Shown in pieces: positions 55,542-64,000 of a stretch of 64,000 bases of DNA. Origin of the DNA: an uncultured delta proteobacterium (GTDB taxonomy: Bacteria; Desulfobacterota; RBG-13-43-22); assembly GCA_963790475.1 (NCBI GenBank), contig CAWBOS010000015.1, positions 288,001-352,000 of the forward strand. The letters are read 5' to 3'. A program made the translations under genes and the position numbers. A model generated the notes under the pieces. That model was not told the origin of the DNA, searched no databases, and saw only the letters and a program-made list of their open reading frames with translations. Each line of letters starts with the position of its first letter. Positions within the stretch are counted from its first letter, which is position 1.

Positions 55542-56494
55542 GAGCCATACATTCTAAGATAGCCCCTTCTGGTTTTTCCGAACCATCGGACTGGGAGGGA
55601 ATTTTAGTGGTGAACAAATCGGCTGGAATGACCTCCAACCGGGTAATCCAATGCCTTCGGAAGACCGCCGCTATTCAAAAAATGGGCTACCTGGGCACGC
55701 TGGACCCGATCGCTACCGGGGTTTTGCCCGTTTGTATCGGGTGGGCGACCAAGATCATCCCTTTTATTCCCGACCATCCCAAGGGATATCGGGCGGTCAT
55801 GCTTTTGGGGGGGAAAACGGACACCCAGGATGTTACCGGTCAGGTGATCAGCACTTTCCAGGGCCCTCTCCCTGATCGTAAACGGATTGAGGAGGTTTTT
55901 AAGGAATTTATCGGTCTTCAGGAACAGGTCCCCCCTTCTTTTTCGGCCCTGAAATATAAAGGCAAACCCTTGTATCACTGGGCCAGACGGGGCATAGCGA
56001 TTGTCAAACCGCCGAGGCGTATTACTATTGATTCGATTGAGGTCCTGAGCATGGAAGGGGAACGGGTGACTTTTGAAGTGTTTTGTTCTCCGGGGACCTA
56101 TGTCCGGACGATTTGCAACGATGTTGGAGACCGCCTGGGCTGCGGTGCCTATTTGGAGGAACTTAAAAGGATTCAAAGCGGACCTTTTATCCTTTCTCAA
56201 GCCCTGACCCTGGAAAGAATCCAGGAAGCTTCCAACCGGGGAGAAATCGGAACCCTTAAAATTCCGGTGGAGAAGATCCTCCATCATCTGCCTCAGATCT
56301 GGGTGGAAGGGCAATGGAAAGACAAGATCAAGCAAGGAAGATTTCTGAATCAGGCCCCGGGTATTTCCCCCTGGCCTCAAGTTGAACCCGGGGTGCCGGT
56401 TTGTGTGAAAGGCCCCAAAGATGAATTATGGGCCATTTATCAAAGAGAAGAGAATCCCAAACTGACTTTTAAACCCATTCGGGTAATTATTTGA
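55538..56494 (+). CDS. truB: tRNA pseudouridine(55) synthase
   Basis: GTLDPIATGVL, TDTQDVTG, PPSFSALK, CSPGTYVR. Confidence 0.95.
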   Translation: MRAIHSKIAPSGFSEPSDWEGILVVNKSAGMTSNRVIQCLRKTAAIQKMGYLGTLDPIATGVLPVCIGWATKIIPFIPDHPKGYRAVMLLGGKTDTQDVTGQVISTFQGPLPDRKRIEEVFKEFIGLQEQVPPSFSALKYKGKPLYHWARRGIAIVKPPRRITIDSIEVLSMEGERVTFEVFCSPGTYVRTICNDVGDRLGCGAYLEELKRIQSGPFILSQALTLERIQEASNRGEIGTLKIPVEKILHHLPQIWVEGQWKDKIKQGRFLNQAPGISPWPQVEPGVPVCVKGPKDELWAIYQREENPKLTFKPIRVII

Positions 56495-56548
56495 TAACAT
56501 TATACATGCCCTATATGGGTATGAATATTTATTTAAAGGAGGTATATC

Positions 56549-56818
56549 GTGGGATTATATGCGGAACAAAAAAAGGAAATTCTGGGTAAATTCGGGGTAC
56601 ACCCCACAGACACCGGTTCCCCAGAGATTCAAATCGCCTTGTTAAGTGAACGGATCAAATATCTGACTGAACACTTCAAAACCCACCAGAAGGATCACCA
56701 CTCCCGACGGGGGCTGCTCAAACTGGTGGGCCAGCGTAAACGGATGCTGAGTTATTTAAAAAAGAAAGATGCCGAACGGTATCGAACCCTCATACAAGAG
56801 TTGGGAATTCGTAAATAG
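56549..56818 (+). CDS. rpsO: 30S ribosomal protein S15
   Basis: [28 protein letters not shown]. Confidence 0.99.
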   Translation: MGLYAEQKKEILGKFGVHPTDTGSPEIQIALLSERIKYLTEHFKTHQKDHHSRRGLLKLVGQRKRMLSYLKKKDAERYRTLIQELGIRK

Positions 56819-56854
56819 GGCTTAGCGCCTTCCCAATATAAGGAGCATACAGTA

Positions 56855-58951
56855 ATGGTTCAAGTAGTGACAACCGAAATAAACGGGAGGACCTTAAGTA
56901 TTGAAACCGGACGGGTGGCCAAACAGGCCGGCGGTGCAGTTCTGGTGCAATACGGTGAGACCATCGTCTTGGTTACGGTGGTGTCCTCCAATGAAATACG
57001 CGAGGGGATCGATTTTCTGCCTTTGACCGTGGATTATCAGGAGATGGCTTATGCTGCCGGAAAAATTCCGGGCAGTTTTTTCAGGCGGGAAATCGGCCGG
57101 CCGAGCGAAAAAGAAACCCTGACCTCCCGTTTGATCGACCGACCCTTGCGGCCCCTTTTTCCCAAAGGGTATCGCAATGAAACTCAGGTCATCGCCACAG
57201 TCCTTTCCGTGGATCAGGAGAACGATCCCGATGTCCTGGCCATGGTTGGGGCTTCGGCCGCCCTGGAAGTCTCGGATATCCCCTTTAACGGACCGATCGC
57301 CGGGATCCGGGTCGGCCGGGTGAACGGAGAATTGATATTAAACCCCACCAGTACCCAGTTGATGGACAGCGATATCAACCTGATCGTGGCCGGTTCACGG
57401 GAGGCCGTGGTCATGGTGGAAGGCGGGGCCAAAGAGGCTTCCGAAGAAGATCTGGTGCAGGCTGTTTTTTATGGCCATCAAGGGATTCAGGAAATCCTGG
57501 ATCTCCAGAAAAAGCTGGGCCAGGCCGTTGGGAACACCAAAAAGACCTTTCCTGTCCCGGTAGAAGATGAGGCCTTAAAGGCCCGGGTCTTCGATCTGGC
57601 CCGGACACCTTTCCTGGAGGCTTTAGCTCTCAACGCGAAAATAGAACGCCAGAATCGGATCCATGCCATCCAGGAGGATCTGGTCCAAAAGTTGACTGCG
57701 GATAACCCGGACCTGAAAAAAGGAACCCTAAAGTTTTTAGAGGACCTGGAACGACAACTGATACGCGACATGATCGTCAAAGAAAAAACCAGGATCGGGG
57801 GAAGGGCCTATAATGAGGTCCGGCCTATTTCCTGTGATATAGCCATATTGCCGAGGACCCACGGATCGGCCCTTTTTACCCGGGGGGAAACCCAGGCCCT
57901 GGCCGTGACCACTCTGGGGACGTCTTCGGACGAACAACGGATCGATTCATTGAACGGGGAATCCTTCAAGTCCTTTATGCTTCACTATAACTTTCCACCC
58001 TTTTCGGTGGGAGAGGCCCGGATGCTGCGCGGTCCCGGCCGGCGTGAAATCGGACACGGGGCCCTGGCCGAAAGGGCCTTGAAACCGTTGCTGCCTTCCA
58101 GTGAGGATTTTCCCTATACGATCCGCATCGTTTCCGAAATCCTGGAATCCAACGGCTCATCCTCTATGGCCACGGTCTGCGGGGCGAGCCTTTCCCTGAT
58201 GGATGCCGGCGTGCCCATCAAATCCCATGTGGCCGGCGTAGCCATGGGCCTGATTATGGAACAAGGCCAGGTGGCCGTCCTGACCGATATCCTGGGGGAT
58301 GAAGATCACTGCGGGGATATGGATTTCAAGGTCACCGGCACGGGAAACGGGGTTACGGCCCTGCAAATGGACATCAAGATCCAAGGGGTGACCCAGGAAA
58401 TCATGGGCCAGGCCCTTCGCCAGGCCCGGGAGGGACGATTGTCCATCCTCCAACTGATGGATCAAACCATCCGGGAGCCGCGGACCAGCATCTCCGAATA
58501 TGCCCCCAAGATCGTTACCATCGAAATCAATCCGGAAAAAATCCGGGAGGTGATCGGCCCGGGCGGCAAGGTGATTCGTTCCATCGTCGCTGAAACCGGG
58601 GCCAAGATCGAGGTGGAGGATTCGGGAAAGGTAATCATCGCCTCCTCCGACAGCAAGAGCGTGGATCGGGCCATCGCCATGATCAAAGAGATCGTTCAGG
58701 AGGTGGAGATCGGTCAGCTTTATATGGGCAAGGTGATCAAGATCATGGACTTCGGGGCCTTTGTCGAGATCTTACCCGGCACCGAAGGACTGGTCCATAT
58801 TTCCCAGTTGGATAACCAGCATGTCAAGAAAGTCACCGATGTGCTCAAAGAAGGCGATGAGGTCCTGGTCAAGGTCCTGGAAGTGGACCGCCAGGGCAAG
58901 ATCAGGTTGAGCCGCAAGGCCGCCCTGGGTCAGAGCCTTCCCCCCAGGTGA
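56855..58951 (+). CDS. pnp: Polyribonucleotide nucleotidyltransferase
   Basis: [34 protein letters not shown] and S1 domains. Confidence 0.99.
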   Translation: MVQVVTTEINGRTLSIETGRVAKQAGGAVLVQYGETIVLVTVVSSNEIREGIDFLPLTVDYQEMAYAAGKIPGSFFRREIGRPSEKETLTSRLIDRPLRPLFPKGYRNETQVIATVLSVDQENDPDVLAMVGASAALEVSDIPFNGPIAGIRVGRVNGELILNPTSTQLMDSDINLIVAGSREAVVMVEGGAKEASEEDLVQAVFYGHQGIQEILDLQKKLGQAVGNTKKTFPVPVEDEALKARVFDLARTPFLEALALNAKIERQNRIHAIQEDLVQKLTADNPDLKKGTLKFLEDLERQLIRDMIVKEKTRIGGRAYNEVRPISCDIAILPRTHGSALFTRGETQALAVTTLGTSSDEQRIDSLNGESFKSFMLHYNFPPFSVGEARMLRGPGRREIGHGALAERALKPLLPSSEDFPYTIRIVSEILESNGSSSMATVCGASLSLMDAGVPIKSHVAGVAMGLIMEQGQVAVLTDILGDEDHCGDMDFKVTGTGNGVTALQMDIKIQGVTQEIMGQALRQAREGRLSILQLMDQTIREPRTSISEYAPKIVTIEINPEKIREVIGPGGKVIRSIVAETGAKIEVEDSGKVIIASSDSKSVDRAIAMIKEIVQEVEIGQLYMGKVIKIMDFGAFVEILPGTEGLVHISQLDNQHVKKVTDVLKEGDEVLVKVLEVDRQGKIRLSRKAALGQSLPPR

Positions 58952-60213
58952 TGACCATGATCAACAAAACCATATTGCCCAATGGACTCCGGATCGTCAC
59001 CGAGACCCTGCCTTATTTGTATTCGGTCTCGGTGGGTATCTGGGTGGACATCGGTTCCCGTGATGAAAACCCCGAGGAAAACGGGATCTCCCATTTTATC
59101 GAACACATGATCTTCAAGGGCACCCACAAGCGGACCGCCCTGGACATTGCCAAGGAGATGGATGCCATCGGCGGCATGTCCAATGCCTTCACCTCCAAAG
59201 AACAGACCTGTTTTTATACCCGGGTCCTGGACAATCATCTGGAACAGGGGGTGGCGATCCTTTTGGATATCTTTCTGAACTCCCTGTTCGATCCCGAAGA
59301 ATTGGAACGGGAACGGCTGGTGGTCCTTCAGGAAATCGGCATGGTCGAAGACACCCCGGACGAGTTCACCCATGTCCTTCTGGGCGAAACGGCCTATCAG
59401 GGAAACTCCCTGGCCCAGCCGATCCTGGGGACCCCGGAAACCGTCCAGGCCATCAATCAGGATAAAATACTGAATTACCTCAAACGGACTTATGGTCCGG
59501 AAAAAATTGTAGTGGCCGCTGCCGGAAAAGTAGAGCACGAGGCCTTTGTCAATCTGGTAGCCCCGGAATTAAATAAGATCCAGCCGATTACTCCGGAAAA
59601 TAACCGGAAGGGTCCGGTCCTGTGTTCAAAATCAAAGGTAGTTACCAAGGATCTGGAACAGGTCCACGTGGCCTGGGCTACCAAGGCCCCGAACGCCGAT
59701 GACCCCAAAAGATATGTCAGCACCCTGCTGAATGTCATCATGGGTGGAAACATGAGCTCCCGTTTGTTTCAAGAGGTCCGGGAAAAGAGGGGACTGGCCT
59801 ATTCCATCTATTCCTTTCTCTCCGCTTACCGGGATTCCGGGATGTGGGGGATTTATACCGCCGTGGCCAAGGAGACCCTGACCCAGACCCTGGAAGTGAT
59901 CGGACAGGAGCTCCGGAAATTAAAGCAGGTGGAATTTCCCGCCTCTGAACTGGAAGCCGCTAAGGAATTTGTCAAGGGCGGGATTCTCCTGGGCGCTGAA
60001 AGCAGCGATAACCGCATGACCCGCATTGCTAAAAATGAGATAACCTTCGGCCGCGACGTTCCCTTTGAAGAAGTCCTGGAAGACCTGAACAAGGTCACCG
60101 GCCGCGAGATTGTCGCTTTGGCCGAAGAAATCCTTCAGCCCGATCAATTTTCCTTAGTCTCCCTGGGGCCGGTCGGCGAAGAAGACCTTCCCCATCCGGC
60201 CATTGCCTTATGA
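58951..60213 (+). CDS. M16 family (pitrilysin-like) peptidase
   Basis: HFIEHMIFKGT (HxxEH), NAFTSKEQT, SRLFQEVREKRGLAYS. Confidence 0.95.
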   Translation: MTMINKTILPNGLRIVTETLPYLYSVSVGIWVDIGSRDENPEENGISHFIEHMIFKGTHKRTALDIAKEMDAIGGMSNAFTSKEQTCFYTRVLDNHLEQGVAILLDIFLNSLFDPEELERERLVVLQEIGMVEDTPDEFTHVLLGETAYQGNSLAQPILGTPETVQAINQDKILNYLKRTYGPEKIVVAAAGKVEHEAFVNLVAPELNKIQPITPENNRKGPVLCSKSKVVTKDLEQVHVAWATKAPNADDPKRYVSTLLNVIMGGNMSSRLFQEVREKRGLAYSIYSFLSAYRDSGMWGIYTAVAKETLTQTLEVIGQELRKLKQVEFPASELEAAKEFVKGGILLGAESSDNRMTRIAKNEITFGRDVPFEEVLEDLNKVTGREIVALAEEILQPDQFSLVSLGPVGEEDLPHPAIAL

Positions 60214-60668
60214 CGGAATCTTTGATCCTTCAAATCCGCCGCTTGAACCCGCAAAGAGACCGGGACCTTCCCGTCCCCGAATATATGAGTCCCGGGGCCT
60301 CGGGTCTGGATCTACCGGCGGCCATTGAGAGTGAAATCACCCTGGCCCCCGGTGAAATCCGACTGATCCCTACCGGTCTGGCCCTGGCCATACCGCCTGG
60401 ATTTGAAGGGCAGGTCCGACCCCGAAGCGGCCTGGCCTTAAAGCATGGGATCAGCCTGATCAACAGCCCGGGCACCATCGACTCCGATTACCGGGGAGAG
60501 CTCGGATTGGCGATCATTAATCAGGGACAAAACCCCTATACCATACGCCGGGGAGACCGCCTGGCCCAACTGGTAATCCAAAAAGTCTATCAAGCCGCTA
60601 TTCAGGTGGTCGACGATCTGGATAACACCAACCGGGCCGCCGGCGGCTTCGGCCACAGCGGAATTTAG
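60210..60668 (+). CDS. dut: dUTP diphosphatase
   Basis: GLDL, RPRSGLA, PGTIDSDYRGE, RLAQLV, GGFGHSG. Confidence 0.97.
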   Translation: MTESLILQIRRLNPQRDRDLPVPEYMSPGASGLDLPAAIESEITLAPGEIRLIPTGLALAIPPGFEGQVRPRSGLALKHGISLINSPGTIDSDYRGELGLAIINQGQNPYTIRRGDRLAQLVIQKVYQAAIQVVDDLDNTNRAAGGFGHSGI

Positions 60669-60699
60669 TCCTTCCTTTATTTTTCCGCCACCTTTCGTA

Positions 60700-60786
60700 T
60701 AGGCTATGAGCTTTGAGCTTTTTTTCTCCGAACTCCGAAATCCCAACTGCCAACTTTCTTTTAGCCTCATGCCTCATGCCTCAACC
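60700..60786. repeat. Mixed heptamer array at the core/accessory boundary
   Basis: taggcta tgagctt tgagctt; ttctccg aactccg aaatccc aactgcc; tagcctc atgcctc atgcctc. Confidence 0.7.
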
Positions 60787-60809
60787 CATTTTCTTTAATC
60801 TTTTTCTCC

Positions 60810-60839
60810 TTGACGAAAAAGACTGCTGTTTCATATAAT
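60810..60839 (+). promoter_or_regulatory. Sigma70-like promoter of the MNT-HEPN pair
   Basis: TTGACG-18-TATAAT. Confidence 0.5.
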
Positions 60840-60866
60840 TTAAAAAACATACGGGATCATACTAAT

Positions 60867-61202
60867 ATGCCCACTGCTTTTTTATCTTTATTGGAAAAAA
60901 GAAAAAAGAAACAGAAGATCTCAAAAAAGGAAGCGGTTGATGAAGTTCAACGACTCGCTTCCCTTTTAAGGAAAAAGTTTCGCTTTGAATCCCTCTACCT
61001 TGCCGGTTCTCTCACAAATGATACTTTCCACGGGCATTCCGACCTCGATCTGATTATTAAAGGGATGAGCATAAAAGATTTTTTCAAGGCTTATGCCCTG
61101 CTTCTGAAAGAAAGCCGCCGCCCTATTGATTTCAAACCCTTCGAGGATCTTACTCCTGATTTTCAAAAGAAAATTTTTGAAGGAGGAATGAGGATTGGAT
61201 AA
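60867..61202 (+). CDS. Minimal nucleotidyltransferase (MNT) antitoxin
   Basis: GS-x10-DxD motif (GSLTNDTFHGHSDLD); overlaps the HEPN gene. Confidence 0.85.
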   Translation: MPTAFLSLLEKRKKKQKISKKEAVDEVQRLASLLRKKFRFESLYLAGSLTNDTFHGHSDLDLIIKGMSIKDFFKAYALLLKESRRPIDFKPFEDLTPDFQKKIFEGGMRIG

Positions 61203-61668
61203 AAATATTTTAAGGAGTATCGTTGCTGAGATTGAAAGGGAATTGGAAAACCTGGAAGAACTTAGAAAAGAAATGAAGGAGATCCACTTTCAGGAATCCA
61301 TAATCATGCGGCGCTCCACCGGGTCAATCCTGCACGATTTTTATAACGGGGCTGAAAGGATATTTAAAAAGATTGCCGTGGATATCAATGGGGGATATGA
61401 AGATTCCGAGAAATGGCATAAGGCCTTGCTTTTTAAGATGACCATAGCGGTTAGAGGCCTCAGACCGGTGGTCTTGTCCGAGGAATTGGCTGCGGAAATG
61501 GACGAATATCTCGCCTTCCGGGACCTTTTCAGAAATATTTATGGCTTTGAACTCAAAGGGGAAAGAATCAGCTATCTGGCTAAAAAATTTGATTTGGTGG
61601 CTAAAAGGTTTATTAAGGAGATAAAAATTTTCCTCGGTCATTTAGAAAACGAGCTGAAGAAAAAATAA
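61195..61668 (+). CDS. HepT-like HEPN ribonuclease toxin
   Basis: LHDFYNGAERIFKKIA, WHKALL, FRDLFRNIYG. Confidence 0.85.
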   Translation: MDKNILRSIVAEIERELENLEELRKEMKEIHFQESIIMRRSTGSILHDFYNGAERIFKKIAVDINGGYEDSEKWHKALLFKMTIAVRGLRPVVLSEELAAEMDEYLAFRDLFRNIYGFELKGERISYLAKKFDLVAKRFIKEIKIFLGHLENELKKK

Positions 61669-61741
61669 ATCCATGGCCACCAGGAAAAATAATATACAAC
61701 GTTTTTAAAAATTTAGGAAGATGAAGAAACCTCAGTTAAAA

Positions 61742-62143
61742 GGACCAGGGTCAGGTCTATACTGTTGGACTTTTGATGACGGCATTGGGGGGTACAAACA
61801 AAACGGGCCAAGTCTGCTTTTGACTCTTTTTGAAAGGTAGGCCCCAAAGGGCGTTATCCATTTTGATTTCGACGGAAAGACAAACGGCCCTTCAAGCCAT
61901 CAGAATTTACCGTCTCCAAGATGCATAAATTCCGATTACTCTTCTGCAAAAATTTCAGCGACGGGAGAGGAAGATCGGACTGCCTCCCGTTCCGTTCTCT
62001 CTTGAACTTGGAGCATGGTCAATACGGCGGCCAAAGCTAATATCCCCAAGGCGACTAAAGCAGCCCACCAGGCTTTATAAGTATGATAGGCGTCAAAAAT
62101 CCATCCGGCCAGGGGCGGGGATATAGTGTTTCTTGCCGCAATA
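61742..62143. repeat. Diverged direct repeat of 63203-63785 (without the MITE)
   Basis: Collinear by eye from GGGTCAGGTCTAT through the MFS 3' end. Confidence 0.9.
61936..62142 (-). pseudogene. 3' fragment of the MFS transporter gene
   Basis: IAARNTISPPLAGWIFDAYHTYKAWWAALVALG...EIFAEE*; in-frame stop a few codons upstream, no start codon. Confidence 0.85.
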
Positions 62144-62566
62144 GTAAAGAGGTCAAGTCGCCGTTTGACTTATCTATAGTCCGGGACGGTTGATTCCAAG
62201 CAACTCTTTTCCCCCCGGCGAGTCGATTTTTGGTTTAAATCTACTCTTGACCCTTTTTGAAAAATTGGACCCAATAAGCGTTATCTTCTTCGTTTTCAAC
62301 GGAAGACAAAATAAAAAAAACCTATCCATTCAGCACGTTGACACCAAAATACAGACTTTTTCTTCGTAAAATAGAATATTCACCTTATTTACCTCTCAAA
62401 TCATGTTGATAGACTGAAAACAAAAAATTTGTTTCTTTCTAAAATGAAAGCGCCAGAAAATAAGGTCCCCACGATCAAAGCCAAGTTAGTTAGGGGGATT
62501 GAAGAACACGGTCCAATTTATTCTGTTGCTCAAATTTTAGAACTGTTCCAAAGGAGGTGAAAGAAA

Positions 62567-63085
62567 ATGATTCAGGTTTGTTGTTACAAAGGTTGTGGAG
62601 TTGTTTATGGTGAAAAAGAGCCTTTAACAGACAAGACAGAAACGCATGGTTTATGCCCGAAGCACTTCGAGACCTCCGTAGTTGAGATTAGAGCTGAGAT
62701 GGAAAGAATCATGCGGAGAAGCTGTCCCAAGATACTGATTGTCGAGGATAGTACTCTTTTTCGGCAATTGCTCAAAGGGGCGTTGCAGGATCGATTCCCA
62801 TCAATCGAAATTCTCGAAGCGGGTGATGGGGAAAAGGCAGTTCAAGAAATTGAGACTTCACTCCCTGATCTTGTCTTTATGGACATTAGATTGCCCGGAG
62901 AAAACGGTCTTGAGTTGACAAAAAAGATAAAAGCCCAATATCCGAATATAATTGTTGTTATCCTTACAGGTTATGATTTACCAGAATACCGAGAATTTTC
63001 AAAACAGTACGCTGATTATTTCTTTTCAAAAGATACATTAACTAAGGAGAACATATTCACGGCTGTTCAATCCATGTTACGATGA
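62567..63085 (+). CDS. Single-REC response regulator with an N-terminal Cys/His domain
   Basis: ILIVEDS, DLVFMDIRLPGENG, ILTG, FSK; N-term CCYKGC...HGLCPKH; AGGAGG RBS. Confidence 0.88.
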   Translation: MIQVCCYKGCGVVYGEKEPLTDKTETHGLCPKHFETSVVEIRAEMERIMRRSCPKILIVEDSTLFRQLLKGALQDRFPSIEILEAGDGEKAVQEIETSLPDLVFMDIRLPGENGLELTKKIKAQYPNIIVVILTGYDLPEYREFSKQYADYFFSKDTLTKENIFTAVQSMLR

Positions 63086-63238
63086 AAATCGTCCAAGTTA
63101 CTCAACATTCCCCTGATAAAAAGAGAAAAGACAGCTCCTATCGGCCTCTCCTTTCCCTTTGTATATAAATTCCCATTAATCTTTTTCAAACAATAGAGCA
63201 TAGGGCCAGGGTCAGGTCTATGCAGTTGGACTTTTAGT

Positions 63239-63418
63239 TAGTTTCCATCCGGAAACGGTTCTTTTTTCCCCTGGCGGTGTCAATACGCGGGATCTCTTGT
63301 GCGGCGTACTCCTGTACGCCTCCGCGCAATCCCTTGATTTCCTAGCCATGACAAAAAATTCCTCGTTTCCGAATTGGAAACGCCTAGTTTTACATCCGGT
63401 ATTTCCGGATGAAAACTA
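63239..63418. mobile_element. About 180-bp composite MITE
   Basis: TIRs TAGTTTCCATCCGGAAA vs reverse complement TAGTTTTCATCCGGAAA (16/17); internal GGCGTAC-n4-GTACGCC; absent from the paralogous copy near 61775. Confidence 0.85.
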
Positions 63419-63577
63419 GTTAGGATTTGGGGGGGACACAAAAAACGGAGCGAGTCTGCTGTTGACTCTTTCTGAGAAATTGGATCCGACGGGCGTTATC
63501 CTTTTTGATTTTGACGGAAAGACAAACGGCCCTTTCAGGCCATCAAAATTTACCCCCCCACAATGCATAAATTCCAA

Positions 63578-64000
63578 TTACTCTTCCGCAAGAACTTCAG
63601 AGACAGGAGAGGGAGATCGGACTGGCTCCGGTTCCGTTCTCTCTTGGACTTGGGGCATAGTCAATATGGCGGCTAAGGCTAATATCCCCAAGGCGACTAA
63701 AACAGCCCACCAGGCTTTATAAGTATGATAGGTGTCAAAAATCCATCCGGCCAGGGGCGGGGAGATAATGTTTCCTGCGGCAATAAAAACACTCGTCAGG
63801 CCGAATATGGTCCCGAAGTTTTTGATGCCAAAATACTCCGCTAAGATTGGGGCCCTGAGAGGCATGACCCCGCTTACTCCGAAACCATAGGGGATAGCAA
63901 ATAACAATATGAACCAGAGCGGACTCGCCCCGTTCATTTGATTATAAAAGAGCAGGCCGATAATCAGCAAGACGATAGAGAAGGCAATCACATAGCTCTT
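63578..64000 (-). CDS. MFS transporter, 3' part (runs off window end)
   Basis: Hydrophobic helices, LAEYFGIKNFGTIFG, PPLAGWIFD. Confidence 0.9.
   Translation of the reverse strand, partial: KSYVIAFSIVLLIIGLLFYNQMNGASPLWFILLFAIPYGFGVSGVMPLRAPILAEYFGIKNFGTIFGLTSVFIAAGNIISPPLAGWIFDTYHTYKAWWAVLVALGILALAAILTMPQVQERTEPEPVRSPSPVSEVLAEE

Noticed and set aside
53695-56380. Long minus-strand ORFs 53695-54636 and 55604-56380
   Set aside because: Antisense to infB and truB; explained by codon bias of the real genes.
56500-56548. Hairpin CATGCCC/GGGTATG upstream of rpsO as an S15 leader
   Set aside because: Plausible by position but too short to match a known leader model by eye.
55158-56818. No DHH phosphoesterase or ribF between rbfA, truB and rpsO
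   Set aside because: These genes are variably located across bacteria; absence here is uninformative without the rest of the genome.

Overview
Mostly core translation/transcription chromosome of an anaerobic bacterium, probably Desulfobacterota ('deltaproteobacterial' gene order; inferred, not searched). 1-32.4 kb (minus strand): tRNA-Thr/Tyr/Gly/Thr, tuf, rpmG, tRNA-Trp, secE, nusG, rplKAJL, rpoBC, rpsLG, fusA, tuf, then the S10 and spc operons to secY, adk, map, infA, rpmJ, rpsM and partial rpsK. 32.6-49.2 kb is a mixed region: DUF169, a MazEF-type TA pair, a decayed integron-cassette-like stretch with one attC site, acyl-CoA dehydrogenase, suhB, YyaL, nitroreductase, a CoA-transferase-like/GNAT fusion, an AAA+/VWA pair and radA. 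49.5-60.7 kb (plus strand): tRNA-Gly, rimP, nusA, ylxR, infB, DUF503, rbfA, truB, rpsO, pnp, M16 peptidase, dut. 60.8-64 kb: MNT-HEPN TA pair, a duplicated MFS 3' end and a Cys/His-domain response regulator. The most striking unexplained signal is non-coding: about 16 intergenic spacers hold imperfect palindromes built from tandem 7-mers of several sequence families, some supplying stop codons and some hosting nested mini-palindromes. Several MITE-like elements are also present, two of which share an internal core. Six single-base insertions in housekeeping CDSs (map, secY x2, rplL, radA x2) look like sequencing errors. All calls come from reading the sequence by eye; no database searches were run.
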